From Torpedo marmorata (taxonomy: Eukaryota), in the NCBI GenBank assembly GCA_977017645.1, contig OZ360220.1, positions 204,600,001 through 204,664,000 of the forward strand: a stretch of 64,000 nt of DNA. Direction: 5' to 3'. The translations under genes were made by a program, and so were the position numbers. Below, piece after piece: positions 50,200-63,814 of the stretch. Under the pieces are notes generated by a model. The model was not told the DNA's origin. It did not search any database and worked only from the letters and a program-made list of their open reading frames with translations. Positions within the stretch are counted from its first letter, which is position 1; each line of letters starts with the position of its first letter.

Positions 50200-50810
50200 C
50201 CAGCAGCAGCCACGAGGGGTTACACACTCCAGGGGAGCGGAGGACTGGCACAGGGCACCAGAAAACGGGGATACCATCCCCCGTCTGAGAAGGAGAAGCA
50301 GAGGAGACGACCCACAGGACGGTGACCACGGCGGCGGACCAGTGAGGGGCCTCTGCGGCTGAAAGACCAATGCATGCAGCGGGCTGCCTGCGACTCGAGG
50401 CAAGGAACCCGCGGAGGCCATGGGCTGCTGGAAACTGCTGTCGGGAGACCCGCGCCAGGCTACGGACTGCTGGAGACTGGCTCGAACTGGCTGAAGGGGT
50501 ACCAGGGATCGGAACCGGGATGCGAGGGGGTGCCGAAGGCGCTGAAAGGTTCCTGACCGTGTCGGAGGTTCGGATCTGGAGCTCGGGTTGCCAATGGTTT
50601 GTACTGGACTCTGTGTGGCTGCGGAGGTGAATCTACAGACACTGGGTGACTCTGGGGGGACTCTGTTTTGTTTCTCTTTCTCTGACTGTAAGAGGCGCTT
50701 CAGGCAATTTCTGCCGATGGCAAATCTGTCTGCCTTACAGCAGGCAAAAGGAATTTTGTGTAATATGACACTGTTTTATTGCATGACAATAAATTGAATC
50801 TTGAATCTTA
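50200..50810 (+). mobile_element. Non-autonomous retroposon with Rex/L2-type 3' tail
   Basis: GC-rich body homologous to 59240-59775; ends catgacaataaattgaatcttgaatct. Confidence 0.65.
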
Positions 50811-51469
50811 AGACTACCTGAATATTACATTTAAATGATTACTCTCCTTTTCCATTCCAGTAATTTAATATACTCATTGACCAGCCAAATTGCTTGAGGA
50901 TTAAATGATCTGGTATAGTTATGTACAAAAATAGAAAGATGAAAATTGATTTTGGCACATGCTGTATTAATTCACTGCAATGGAGCTGGTTTTGAAAGAC
51001 AATTGCTGGATAGGGGAAGGGGAAGAACCTGTGATAGGGTGAAGGAGAGTCACGATTATGGAAGGCACACACTGTCTCAGTTTATTCTCCCGGGAAAGGC
51101 ACTGGAAGGTGACACTCAGCAACCAATTCATGATATTTTCAGGACAACCACTAGAGCATTAAGAAGTCAGAGTTGGCTCGAGCCTGCTCCACCATTTAAT
51201 ATGTTACTACTTTCTGATCTTGGCCTCACCTCATGTATTTATTCCTCTAACATTTGACTCTCCATGGAACAAAACTTCTGTTTAACCCGGCACTGGATAC
51301 ATTTAATGATTGTTACAAACTTAGCTATCGGAGCACTAATTCACAAATTGTTTACTAACCAACATACTCCCCAAAGAAAAAAAAACATGTTGCAACTGGT
51401 CCTTATGAAATAAATACCAGAGCCTTACCTACAGGTTGTTTCCAAATAATTTACAGAAGAATCACTGCA

Positions 51470-52566
51470 GGTCCCACATGGGAGGTTAGTCAGGAAGATT
51501 CAGATGATAGGTATACATGGTGAAGTAGTGAACTGGATTTGAAAATGGCTGGACAGGAGAAGCCAGAGAGTAGTGGTGGATGATTGCTTCTGGAAGCCTG
51601 TGACTAGTGGTGTGCCTCAGGGATAGGTGCTGGGACCATTGCGGTTTGTCATCTATATCAATGATCTGGATGATAATGTGGTAAATTGGATCAGCAAGTT
51701 TGCAGATGACACTAAGATTGGAGGCATTTTGGACAGCGAAGAAGGTTTTCAAAGCTTGCAGAGGGTTATGGACCAGCTGGAAAAATGGGCTGAAAAATGG
51801 CAGATGGGATTTAATACAGACAAGTGCAAGGTGCTACATTTTGTAAAGACATACATGGTAAATGGTATGGCACTGAGGAGTGCGGTCGAATAGAGGGATC
51901 TGGGAATACAAATACATAGTTCCCTGAAAGTGGCATCATAGGTGGAGAGCTTTTGGCAGATTGTGCCTTCATAAATCAAAGTATTGGGATGTTATGGTAA
52001 AGTTTTATAAGACATTGGTGAGGCCACATTTGGAGTATTGTGTGCGTTTCTGGTCACCTAACTACAGAAAAGATATCAATCAGATAGAAAGAGTGCAGAG
52101 AAGATTTACTAGGATGTTGCCCGGGCTTCAGGAACTGAGTTACAGGAAAAGGTTAAACAGGTTAGGACTTTATTCCCTGGAGCATAGAAGAATGAGGGGA
52201 GATTTGATAAAATTATGAGGGGGATAGACAGAGTAAATGTAGGTAGGCTTTTTCCACTGAGGGTAGGTGAGATACAAACCAGAGAACATGGGTTAAGGAT
52301 GAAAGGGAAAAAGTTTAGGGGGAACATTCAGGGGAACTTCTTCACACAGAGAGTGGTGGGAGTGTGGAACGAGCTGCCAGCTGAAGTGGTGATTGCAGGC
52401 TCAATTTTAACATTAAGAAGAATTTGGATAAGTACATGGATGGGAGAGGTATGGAGCGTTATGGACTGGGTGCAGGTCAGTGGGACTAGGCAAAAAAATG
52501 GCATGGCACCGACTAGAAGGGCTGAAGGGGCCTATGTCTGTGTTGTAATGTTCTATGGTGCTTCTA
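51470..52566 (+). mobile_element. CR1-clade LINE, 5'-truncated RT fragment and 3' UTR
   Basis: SGVPQG.VLGP..FVIYINDLD..ISKFADDTKIGG, FNTDKCKVLHF, KTLVRPHLEYCV.FWSP, ERVQRRFTRM, FFTQRVVGVWNELP. Confidence 0.9.
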
Positions 52567-55449
52567 TTGGCATAAATGGCTTATTGTAGAGTCAGCCCAC
52601 ACCAACTATCAAGTCCCCAATTACACTAATCCTGTACTAATCCCACTTTATTTTCCAATCATTCCTAGCAATATCCCCATATTCTACAACTCACCTACAC
52701 GCAAGGTACAATCTTCCTTGGACAGGTCATCTCTCCACCTGAAATCTTTGGGATGTGGGAGAAAACCAGATCACCCAGAGGAAACATGGGTAAACACAAT
52801 ACCTGTATTGACAACAGCAAAAGTGAGGATAGAACTCAGCTCACTGCAGCTGTGAGGTGGTAGATCTCCCAGTTGTGACACTGTGCCCTCTATGCCCATA
52901 ATCACATTGAAGAGAGAAAGGGAATGCAAAAAACTCTAACAGCTGCAGTGAGTATCACCTACAGGGTGTATAGACCAGCCCACCAAGAGTTCTCAACATC
53001 ATCCCTCAGATCTATAGCTTTGACTACCGTGAGAGAGATAGAAAGTGCATGGGAATACTTTCCAGGCTACCCTCCAATACACCACAGTTGCTTGGAAATA
53101 CATCAGCCTGGGTCATACCTGAGCACTCTCACAGCCTTCACCACACATACTTCACCTTGTCAAGGACTATTGGGGACAAGCAACAGATGCTGACTTTGTG
53201 AGCAAACTTCACGTGAATGAAATTAGGAATGGTAACAATACCACCAAAATATTTTAAATCATTAAATATGCTCCAAGTTTCAAATGAAAAGATATAACAC
53301 AAAGAGCTTACAAGCAAGACTGACTTCTGCGGTGACTTAATTTATTGATTATTTGTTGAGTGTGCCAACATTGGATGTGGGGGAGTGGATGTGATTTACA
53401 GTGACAGTGGAAAGATGAAGCACATTTGTGCATTAAGGTAGTGCTATTTCAGAGAGTCATAAAGGTTATCGGTCTGGAAAAAGCTCAGACACTTGCAACT
53501 AGTCTGGAGTGTTTCTTGAAATCGACAATGCCACTGGGGTTTCTCCTCAGAGTATGTTCAAGGAATATAAATGTGCATGCAAAAATAAGCAAGATCATGG
53601 AGAGAGTTTTATTCACTCCCACATTGCCCAGTGCAATAAAACCAAATGAGAATTGGAATTTAATCCTACAACCAAAGCTACTGGCAAAATACCAGGAGCC
53701 CGACTAATAAAAATAGAGTTTGATATTCGATTTGTAAACATGGCCCGAGTTATAGAAGGCACAGGTAAAGATGATCCAGTGCTCCACAGACTAAAATGAC
53801 TCCTGTGCTGGTGTAGCCACAGTTGTAATGTAGAAAGCACAGCTGACAATTTGTGCACAGCAGGTTCTGCAAAAATAAAACAGGATGATAATGACCAGGT
53901 AATGGGGCTAAGGCTCCATTGCCCTGGGATTTCTGGCCACTTGTCCAAGGACAATGTTGTTTATTTTATTTTATTTTTTTTAAAAACCTGCTCCAAGGTA
54001 CAGTTCTTGCTAAAAGATTGTTCCCAGCATAGCTGTTGAAAAGCACTGACAAAATGAATTTGACGGCTGATAAGGTCCCCTCACCCCACCCATCCTTGAA
54101 CACAGATCATCAAAGCAGTCTGTGAATGCTCGATAAGGTTTTGAATATCCAGAGACAATTCAAACTCGAGCAGGATTTGTTAAACTAAAAACATGTGTCA
54201 TGAGGAATACACAGGTGTCATGCTGACATGGGGGGCTGCTGCAATCCTGAGCAGCAAACTATACTTCAGTATCCACTTGGAAGTAGCCAAGCTATGGCCT
54301 TGTCTGCTAGCAGATCTAGGCAGATGGTGGTAGGCAATCTGCTCCAATATCTTTCACCAATGTAGCCCAAGAGTACTTCATGGCCAGGATACTAACAGTA
54401 ACCCGCCTACTTTTCCTTGTAAAGTGCCTTGTCAGCTTTAACATGTGCCTGAGACAACAGAGGAGGCTTTGTTACACACCTCTACTGAAAGACACCATGT
54501 TTGACAGTGCAGATCTCCCTCAGCACAACAATAGATGTCGACTAGACTTTGGGGTTCATTTTCTTTTTCAATCTTTTTTTATTGATTTTTTATAAGAAAT
54601 ACTCTTTGGAGTTCATTTAAACATTGTTTCACATCAAAACCACTGCCTAAGCAAACATACTCTGGGATATTTTGCAAATATATGGCCACTCTTACCAAGA
54701 TTATTGTCGTAAAAACGCAGAGAAATGCTGGAGGAACTCAGCCGGTCTCACAGTGTCCATAGGAGGTAAAGATTACCAATGTTTCTTGCCATCATGGCAG
54801 AGCCAGCAAGGCCTACTTTTGAAAATTGAATGGGTAGAGAGCGAGCTTGTCCTTTCCACTGTATAGAAAGACCTTAACTACTCTTCTATGTCAAGTCTTC
54901 TTTCCTGCTCTATCCCTACATTCATTGATTCTCTAGTCATTTGTAATGAAAACCACATAACAAGATTTATCAAAGAATATCCAAAGGATTTTCCTCTTCA
55001 ATCAGGCTCCCTACCACCACCCCACACAACAGTTGAAGTGTGCTTCCACATGTCATGACTCATGGGTGAGCCTTGATAACAAGGGTCTCAGAAAAGCAAT
55101 ACTCAACCCATTTCCCAAGACATGCATCTTGACCAAGTGGAAAACAGACCGTTTTATGAACACTTTTATTCTTCAATGCAATACTTTTAATTCAGAGCAC
55201 CTTTTTCAACAGGAATTCCAGATTCATGAAGCTATTTGAAAACCTCAACAGCACGCAGTTTGGAGAGAGACTCTGTAATCTATTTGAACAGTATGCAAGA
55301 ACCAAAAATAGCTGTGTCATCAGAGGAGTCAAAAAGCAAGGGGGAAGCAGCAAAGTCAGCACCAAGTCCTGCAGTGAATTGATAAGGATTGAGTCTGGAG
55401 TCATTGATATAGTGCAAGTTCTGTGGAACACATTGCTGCCTGCAAGCTT

Positions 55450-56200
55450 TATGTTGTTTACAGGATTGATGAATAGACTGAATTACATGCAGAACGAGAT
55501 GGATGGCTTGCAAAAGGATAGTGTTGCAATGAGAGGGCAGTTCCAAAGCTCTGAGGGTCCTCTGTTGGAATGAAATTTTTAATTTCATCTCAATACAGCA
55601 TAATCAGAATGCACAGGACAGACAAAGAATCACATGGGAGTGAAAGCCTTGGAGGTGATTCAGAACAGAAGTCAGAGGGGATCTATCTGGGATCTTGATG
55701 GCAACAACTGAAAAGAGGAAAAATCCATTGCTATAGGGAGTCAGGATAAAAGATGGAACTAAAGTAGAATCAGAGGACAGAGAGCTTTAGGAAGCAATCA
55801 AATTGGAGATTGTGATTGAGTTCATGGTATCCAGTAAAGCTACATGGTAAAAATGTAATGTCCCACTGACTCTTGGGAATCCCAGGCCCATGACTGCTTG
55901 ATATGCATTTAAGATGGTACTGATAACCCCGATTCCTTGGGCTCAGAGGACATGGAAGCCAAAAATAAATGGCGGAAGGAGTACACCATCTCACAAACTA
56001 TCCACCCAGACATCCTGCCTGGCACCTCCCAACCTGTCAGAGGTAAATTCTGCAGGTCCTTCATTGGCCTCAAAATTCATCTCAAAACCCAAAGTGGAAC
56101 CAAATACCCCTTGGCCTTGAAGCACTGCTTCAGAAGAAGGGGAAGAGTTCAGTCCTGCACCAAATACCATTTAGAGTTGTAACTACTACAGTACAACTTG
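55450..56200 (+). mobile_element. Possible highly decayed L1/Tx1 ORF1 remnant
   Basis: Fragments such as LEVIQNRSQRGSI (cf. LENRSRRNNI), KLEI and IHPDI in plausible order after a coiled-coil-like stretch; weak. Confidence 0.3.
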
Positions 56201-56444
56201 CTGTGAAGGGTGAGTAGTAGAGATCGTGCAATTTCATAACTGGCCAAATCTAAAACTCTAAAATACAGGACCTTTTAAATTCCTGCTCACAATGGAGAGG
56301 AAGAGACCACAAACCATCTAAGAATATTGGATCCCTTTGGGTGAAGTAACAGGGAGAGCTTTTCTGGAAGGATCATTCAGAAAGGAGATGTTGGGTATAC
56401 ATGGAGGGAATCCTGGTGTACGTGACAACTTTCCTTATAGGGTT

Positions 56445-56635
56445 TGTTATGCTTGTTCTTTCAAGAAGAACGACTTTACGTGGGTTTAACACTTAACCAA
56501 CTTTATTTTCCTTGAGCTGCTTCAACCCACTTCCAGCGACAACGCCCGACTCCGGTCATATACCACTTCCAGTTTCCGCCCAACTACGCGCATTGCATGC
56601 TGGGAAATGTAGTTCTTATTTACACACATAACACA
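56445..56635 (-). mobile_element. Short solo LTR (about 190 bp)
   Basis: TGTTATG...CATAACA terminal inverted repeat, GGGTT duplicated at both flanks, AATAAA on the minus strand, ZNF143-type motif inside. Confidence 0.65.
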
Positions 56636-58980
56636 GGGTTCAGAGGAACACTCATGCTCCTCTATGTGATACAAGTAACCTGAAGGGCCTCTTTGCCCTT
56701 ACCACCAGTTTTGTCAGCCTGAAAGGGTGGATAGCCATCATGCTTTCCAAGCTCCTGTTAAGCAATTGTTTCACCATCTACATCACGCAACATTCAGTCT
56801 GAATGTGAAATAATTGTCAATTGAACATTTTGTTATAAATACTCTCAAAAATAAGTAATTCCCTGATAACTTTGTCCTCCAGTTGTTGAGTAACAACAGC
56901 ACAGATGTCAACCTTTCATCATACCAAGTTCGCACCAATATTTATGCTAAATCTATGTTAATTCCAATTTATTAAGGGCAATTTTGTATTGATCAACAAA
57001 CTAACCAACGCACACAACTTCGTAATGTGTGAAGAAACCCACACGATCACAGAGATTTCATGTAACTCCACACAAGTGACACTGCGTCCCTGCAGCTGAG
57101 AGGCAGCAGCTCCATTTTGCCTCTGAGGTCTAACTGTACTCTAACTGAGCCAAACCCCCTCCACCAAAACCCACATTTGCAATGTTGAATGGAGAGTGTT
57201 AAATTTCTCTCGTTATCTTTTCACAATGCAGTGTTATTCTTGGCTCAGATGTATACTGTGTCCTGGGATGTTTACCGTCCAGTAAGGACAAACTCAAGAT
57301 AACAGATCTCACCACACAGCACTTTACTGGAGATTTTCTCATCAGATCTGGATTGGAACAAGTGTACTTTGAAATGGATTTGACTGAACACATGAAGCCT
57401 GTACTTTGGATTACAAAACAGAAGCAGCTGCATGTCTAAAGAGATCACACCACTCTGTACCTCCTTTTTCTCAAATAATTCAAAAGGTTTGTGGACTCAG
57501 GCAAACAAGGCTTCTGTCATCTCATTTTGAGATCATGTAGGTTTTGCATCATGTCTTTAAGGATAAAGGACAGCCTCAACTTTCCCTGCTGGCCAGAAAC
57601 TGATGAGAGGAAAAAGTTTCATCCTCTCAAATGAGCTGTTATTCTCCTCTTGCTTTAATTGCAAGTGAAAGGCACATTGACTCAGCTTGCAGAGTGTGCC
57701 TCAGCTCCAGTGACCCAGGTTCAATCCTGAATTCCAATGCTGTCTTTTTAGAATTTGCATGTTCTCTTCCTGACCCAGTGCACTTCTGCTTCTGCTTTCT
57801 CCCGCATTGCAAAAAAGGCACTGTAAGTTGCCCCTGATGCGTAGGTGAGTGAGAGAATTGTTGAGAATGTGGGCAGAACAGGTTGCAGGAAAAAAAAATT
57901 GTGGGCAATGGAATTGCTCTGTGAACTGGCATGGATTCAATGGGTGGATATGGCCTTCTTCCATATCATGAGGAAATATGGACAGGGAATTGAGGCACCA
58001 TCACCTCCTGCATGAAAGGTAAAATTTTGTAAAGTCAGTGTTGCATCTCATTCCAACAGTTTCTCAACACAATGAAGAAGTGGAAAGGCCCAGTTAAATT
58101 AAAACTAACCCTACAAAGTTTCCTGTCCAGTGACAACATTTGTTAAAAAAAAATGAGTGAGATTTGACAAAAATAGTGTAGGATGACTAAATTCCCTTCC
58201 TTTTTCTCCATCCCCACCACTAAACAAAGGAAACGTCAGGTACACGTGCACTATTTACAGCATCAAACAAGAGCAAACCAGTCTCTGGCCAATCTGCAAC
58301 AATCATAAATCAAATGTTTCTAGACATCCATGTATACAGGTTAGGAATCAGAGACTTCTCACTAAATGCTAGGGAATTCTCCCTCTTATGCCAGCAATCA
58401 CTTTACCATCAATTAACATTACCTATAGAGTGGATAAGGCCATTACCACATTTGTTGTTTGTGGGACTTGCTGTGTCCAAATTGGCTGTCTTGATTCCTA
58501 CATTATTACTGTGAGGACACTTCAAAAGTACTTCACTGGTTTTGGAAAGACAGTGTTTGAGAGTCTATGAGTTATACAGCACAAAAACAGGCCCGTTGGC
58601 CTTCCAAATCCCCAGCAACCAGCAAGAATCCATTTACATTATTCCTACCCTAATTCTATATTTTATTCTCCCATGTTCCCACAAACTCTACTGAGATTCT
58701 ACCACTTTCCGATAAACAAGGGGCAATTTACAGTGATCAATTAACTTACCAACCTCCACATGATTAGAATGTGGGCGGGAACCTGGAGGAAACCCACACA
58801 GTCACAGGTATAACATGCAAACTTCACAGAGGCAGGAGGTCAGGATTGAAGCCAGGGTGCTGGAACTGGAAGCAACAGCTCTGCCTCTCTCCCACCCATG
58901 CACGCCTATATATAATAGAATGATCTACCATTTGTAAGTTTTAAACTATTGCTCTTTGACTCAAGTTTTTACCTCTGATA

Positions 58981-59780
58981 AAAATGGCAGTGCTACTGGA
59001 AGTGCTGTAATGGCAGTGCTGCTGCTGGTGCAGACCCGGGAGAGTGGGGAGCAGAGACACAGCACTGCTCTGCAGGGTCCTACTGCCTGGTCCTGAGGCC
59101 GACTGCTCTGTACAGGCTTTAAATGGCTTGCTAAAGAGACCAATGGTGTTTTTTTAATTTATTTATTTATATATATTTTTTAAATCCTGCAACCACGGAG
59201 GTCTGTGCCCAAGATGGTTGTGCCTGTGCTGGGTAGCGTACCACGAGGGGTTGCAGACTCCAGGGCAGCAGCAGACCAGTGCAGGGGACCAGAAACTGGG
59301 AGAACATCCCCGTTGAGAAGGTGAAGCATGGAAGTTGTCGACAGTGGCAGACCAGCGAGAGGCTCAGCGGCTGAAGGACACACACAGGTGGCAGGCTGTT
59401 AGCGACTTGCAGTTGAAGGATTCACACAGGCTGGAGGCTGCTGGAGACTGGCTCATGGGAACCACGTATCGGAACTTGGATTTGAGAGGGCAAGAAGGAC
59501 TCCCAAAGGGCCAAGGGCGCTGAAGGCTTCCTGATCGTTTTAGAGGTTTGGATCTGGGCTCGGGTTGCCAATGGTTCGAACAGGAGCCTATGAGGCTGCG
59601 GGAGCACTGGAGGTGAATCCATGGACACTCAGCGACTCTGAAGGGCCTCTCTTTTGCTTCTCGTTCTCCTATTGTTAGGGGCGCCGGGCCATGCACATGG
59701 CAATTCTTTGCTTGCCTTACGGCAGACAAAAGTTGAAGTACATTACATTTATATGTATTATTACATGACAATAAAAGGAA
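58981..59780 (+). mobile_element. Non-autonomous retroposon, longer copy of the 50200-50810 family
   Basis: Starts AAAATGGCAG; shared core ccacgaggggttgcagactccaggg...ggatctgg.gctcgggttgccaatgg; ends catgacaataaa. Confidence 0.65.
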
Positions 59781-60859
59781 ACAAACCTGGATTCCCAGCT
59801 ATCCATTATTTATTGACTTCTTCTCTTAATCCAAACCATCTGACTGCAGTGTGCATGCCAAAATCGAATAAAACAGGTACCCAAATGTCTAAACCTGCCA
59901 CCTGCACAAATCAACTTTAAGCTTAGTGATGTTTTGGTTTGTGGTATGTTGGATTCAAAAGCCAAAGGCTGAAAGTGGAAGTAAATTACTGTTTGGGGTC
60001 GGGGCAGGAAAGGAATTCCTCACCTTAATATTGTGCCAACTAACTCTGATCTAACCATAACATGCAGACAATGTTTGCAAATGTAATTACAGAATCGACA
60101 AACAAAAATCTATGGATGCTGAAAATTGGAAATAAGAAAAAGAAATGCTGTTCAGTAAATCAGGCAGCATCTGTGGAGAGGGAAGCAGTTAATTTGATAA
60201 GTTGATGAAAAGAGAGAAAGCAAGGAGAAAGGGAGAGGTGAGGAGAATTAAAGTGAGGTCTGTGATATTCCGGGTAGCACAAATATGTTTTGTGCCATCT
60301 AAGAGTGGGTAATAAATGTTTGCTGTCAGAACTGATCTGTTTGGAGGAGTGTATATGGAGGGAGATGAATGATGGTGGTAGAGAGGGAAGAAGCTTTAGA
60401 AACTATGAGAGACTGTTAATATCACAACTTGCCAAGATACCCAGTCTTCCATTTGTGTTTGAATTGATACAAGGTCATCACCTGTAACATTAATCAAGGT
60501 TGTTTTCTCTTCACATATGCTGCCTGACCTGTTGAGTATTTCCAGCATTTCCTTTTTTTCTTGTAATTATCCATTGCCTTTCAGGAAATCAACATTTCCC
60601 ATGGCCACCGATTCAGTTATTGTAAAGTGGAGGCACTGTGTAACGTTGTAAATGGAGAATACAGCAGCAATGTGATAATGGCCAGATAATCTGTCTTAGT
60701 AATGTTATTTGAAGGATAAATATTGGTCAGCGTAGAGAACTCCTCCTCTCTTTTACAGAAAAATGCATTGGAATCTTTAATGCCCAGCTGAAAAAATAGA
60801 TTGGATATTGTTTTAACAATTCCTCTGAAAGATGCCATGTCCAACAGTTAAACAAGAAA

Positions 60860-61150
60860 ATAGACAGATGCTGGGGTCGAGTGCAACACAAAAGTACTGG
60901 AGAAACTCAGAAGGTCACACAGCATCCATAGGAAGTAAAAGGTAACCAATGTTTCGGCCCTGTGCTCTTCATCAGGAATCAGAAAAAAAAGTAGATGTCT
61001 GAATAAAAAGGTGGATGCAGTGGTAGGAGGAGAGAAGAGGAAGGGGAAGGAGCATAGGATAACAGATAAGAGGTAATGGGTGGATAAAGGTGAGTGGGTA
61101 GAAGAGAAAGAAGCCGAGAAGTGATAGGGGAGGAGGGCAGAGGGCTAAGA
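60860..61150 (-). mobile_element. Penelope-like pseudo-LTR fragment
   Basis: cagatgctgggg..tactggagaaactcag..gtttcggccctgtgctcttcatcagg followed by a purine tract; mirror of 9840-10160. Confidence 0.65.
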
Positions 61151-61727
61151 AGGGTAGCTCTCAAAATCTAACAGTGAAGGGCATCCTCAATAGCACACTG
61201 GATAGTTGGGCTGGAACTTGGGCTTAAATTCCTGGAGTAGAGTACTGTGCTTTCTTTTCTAATAGGTAAATCAAGCAGGAAAGAGCCCTCCAAAATGAAA
61301 TGCAGTGAATCAAATTTTGGGAGGTAAAGTACACAATTAGTCAATTCTATCAGGGAATTTCCTAGCAACAGTGAACGAATGTGTTATTTAATAATGGTCC
61401 AGCAACCCTCAGGACACTCTGAGCTCCTCAAATCTGAACACATCAAAATCCCAGGTCCATCCCTCCAGCATTGTCCTTTTACGTTTTTGTGTTCAAAGCT
61501 CAACCTTTCTGCCTCTCTAACTTTCTTGAGATAATTGCTTATAACCACTCTGGCCAAGATCTTAGTCACTTGGCTTAACTTTGAGATGATAAACTTTGGA
61601 ATAATAGGGCTTGTCGGCTTGTTTTACTACTTCATCAAAGGCATTGTATGATGTTGATAAATCCAGATAAAGACTTAAACAGAACAGTCTTGACTACAGA
61701 TCAGAGAGTAATTATTGAGAGAAGTAC

Positions 61728-61846
61728 CTAGAGTCGAGTTGCTGAATCTTTTCAGAGCTTCTAACAGTATGTGGAAGGCTCCCACGTTGCCATCCCTCTG
61801 GCTGTACAGTATTATCTTCTTGGCATCGAGAAACAGGCGAGAAAGT
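61728..61846 (-). CDS. ABCA1: ABCA1-like exon (equivalent to exon 5, 119 bp)
   Basis: LSRLFLDAKKIILYSQRDGNVGAFHILLEALKRFSNSTL; ttgcag / gtactt; size and phases fit. Confidence 0.9.
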
Positions 61847-63213
61847 CTGCAAAGAATGGGAAAGAGGCAATAAAACAGCTTCATGTAGAGAAAAAAAAAT
61901 CAATTTGGCACTATATACCTGCCAATGAAAGCCATTACAAAACACCTCTTCTAACAATGGTGCTGATAAATTGTCAGCCTGCCTTTTTAACTCCAAGGAT
62001 GTTACACACAGACGTACAAAGCTGGTTGGATCCAATATTTCAAAACCATTGCAATTTTGAGTACTGGATTTTGATTTGCAGGGTGTAAATGGCCAAATCT
62101 ATCACCCCTGGGCCCCTCCCAGCTTCTTTCCCCCTTTATGTATGTAATTTCACCTTTTTAAATCAGTCTCGATAATGGGTTCTGACTCAAAATGTTGATT
62201 GACCATTTCTATCCATGGATGCTGACCTGTTGAGTTGCTCCTGCTCAAGATTCCAGCACCTGCAGTTTTTGTGCATCTCTAGAGATTTTTGATTCTTACT
62301 ATTTTCTAAGGAGCAGATTATGTTACAGTATGTGCACATTTTCTTTGCAAATCAATTACGGAAAATGAATTGATTGCTTATATTCTCTTCCCAAGTAACT
62401 CTACCTGAATTAACTTAAATACAGGTCAAAACACAAGTGCAACCTCAACTTTCTTCCAATCAAAAGGAGGTGTAATTTCTATCAGCAGGTTTAAATTGAA
62501 TCATGGATTGTATGGATGCTCAGCTTTGCAGAGTTTACCCTGTTAAGAATTGCTCATGCATTACACCAGATTATTGGCTTTAGGACTGAATAAACAAAGC
62601 TTCCATTTTGCCAAATTTCACTGGACTTTTGAAATGAAAGAAAAAAAATGTAATTTAGTCACCCTGATGTATATTAAAGTTATTTCTTTGAATCACTTGA
62701 TGTTTTACACTGAAGCCAACTTCTTACATTTTATAAGAGTTCAGTTTAACATGAAAAGATGGACTTTTGTTATCACAAAAACAACTCTTGGAAAAAATCT
62801 AATTGAGATCACACTTCTGTATTAAGCAGGTAATTTAATATTATGGGAAAATTTAAAGTATTTATCAATGCTAAAAACATGTCACCTTGCTTTGGATAAT
62901 CCACTTCAGGGTCCCACAAGATTAGCTTAACCACTAATGGCCTCACCGGAATTCATATAAGGATATACTGTTATGAAACTTGTAAACAATTATTGTGTTC
63001 ATCTTGTGCAGTCCATATCACCAAGTGAGCTTTCAAATTATCCGATTGCAAGGATAAGCAAGACTCAGAATCTTTTTATTTTGTGTATGAAGCTTAATAT
63101 TAATGCTTTATAATGAAACAGAAATGCTGCCAAATACCCTGAATGCATTTAATGTACAGAACTAGTTCACTGTTGATATGTGAACTATATTAGCAATCCT
63201 ATCTTTGACTCAC

Positions 63214-63355
63214 ATTGATTTGTCAAAATTTCCAATAACCCCAGGGGATTCACCAGGTGTAGGATAGCGAAAGCAGGGGTTGTTTGCATTACAGATAATG
63301 CCTTGTATCCATGGCAGAGTCCCAGCAGAAGGCATTGCCTTGTTCGGGAAGTGGC
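63214..63355 (-). CDS. ABCA1: ABCA1-like exon (equivalent to exon 4, 142 bp)
   Basis: (C)[46 protein letters not shown], the highly conserved ABCA1/ABCA7 N-terminal motif; gcctag / gtgagt. Confidence 0.96.
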
Positions 63356-63814
63356 CTAGGCATAAAAGAGAGGAAAGAAATTGTGGTTATGAGTTTATCT
63401 TGTCTGTTTCTGTGCATTCATGTAAATCCATTTACTGTGCTCTTTAAGGGGGTGACTTTTCTTTACCCTAAATGTCATGCTGTCCAGTAAATGTACAGGT
63501 TGGAGACATCCAATCTTCCAAATGAATAGATTGCAGGTCTCAATATTACTTTCTCCAACCATAAGTAACTTGTTCTTTCTTTACTGCATGTCATCCATCT
63601 GTGATTTGAGCTCATCTTTTCTCACTTTAAAAAAAAAAAATTTTTTTTTTTTTATATAAATGCCTGAACTGATAGGCACGCCCAACAGCCCTGTTATTAG
63701 CAACAGAGAACACGGGCAAAGATGTATACTAACCCTCCATCTGACCCAATAAATAATCTATGTGGCCCTATCATGGATACTCCCCTTGTCCTTTCTATCC
63801 ATCCCTCTTACCTT

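Larger units (their letters stand above)
520..63355 (-). other. ABCA1: ABCA1-like (ABC subfamily A) gene, partial: 16 internal coding exons; both ends lie outside the window
   Basis: Exons splice GT-AG with consistent phases into one 2677-nt open frame. Exon sizes 142,119,122,192,90,238,140,117,198,206,177,223,222,205,114,172 follow the human ABCA1 exon 4-19 pattern as recalled. ABCA1 versus ABCA7 orthology cannot be fully settled by eye. Confidence 0.9.

Noticed and set aside
55226-55573. 115-aa ATG-initiated plus-strand ORF as a nested gene
   Set aside because: No recognisable domain or splice structure; more likely the edge of a decayed LINE ORF1 or a chance ORF.
60105-60560. Inverted-repeat bounded segment as a structured ncRNA
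   Set aside because: Its ends match the Penelope-derived termini scattered through the window (also about 760-940 and 29410-29690); better explained as decayed repeat.
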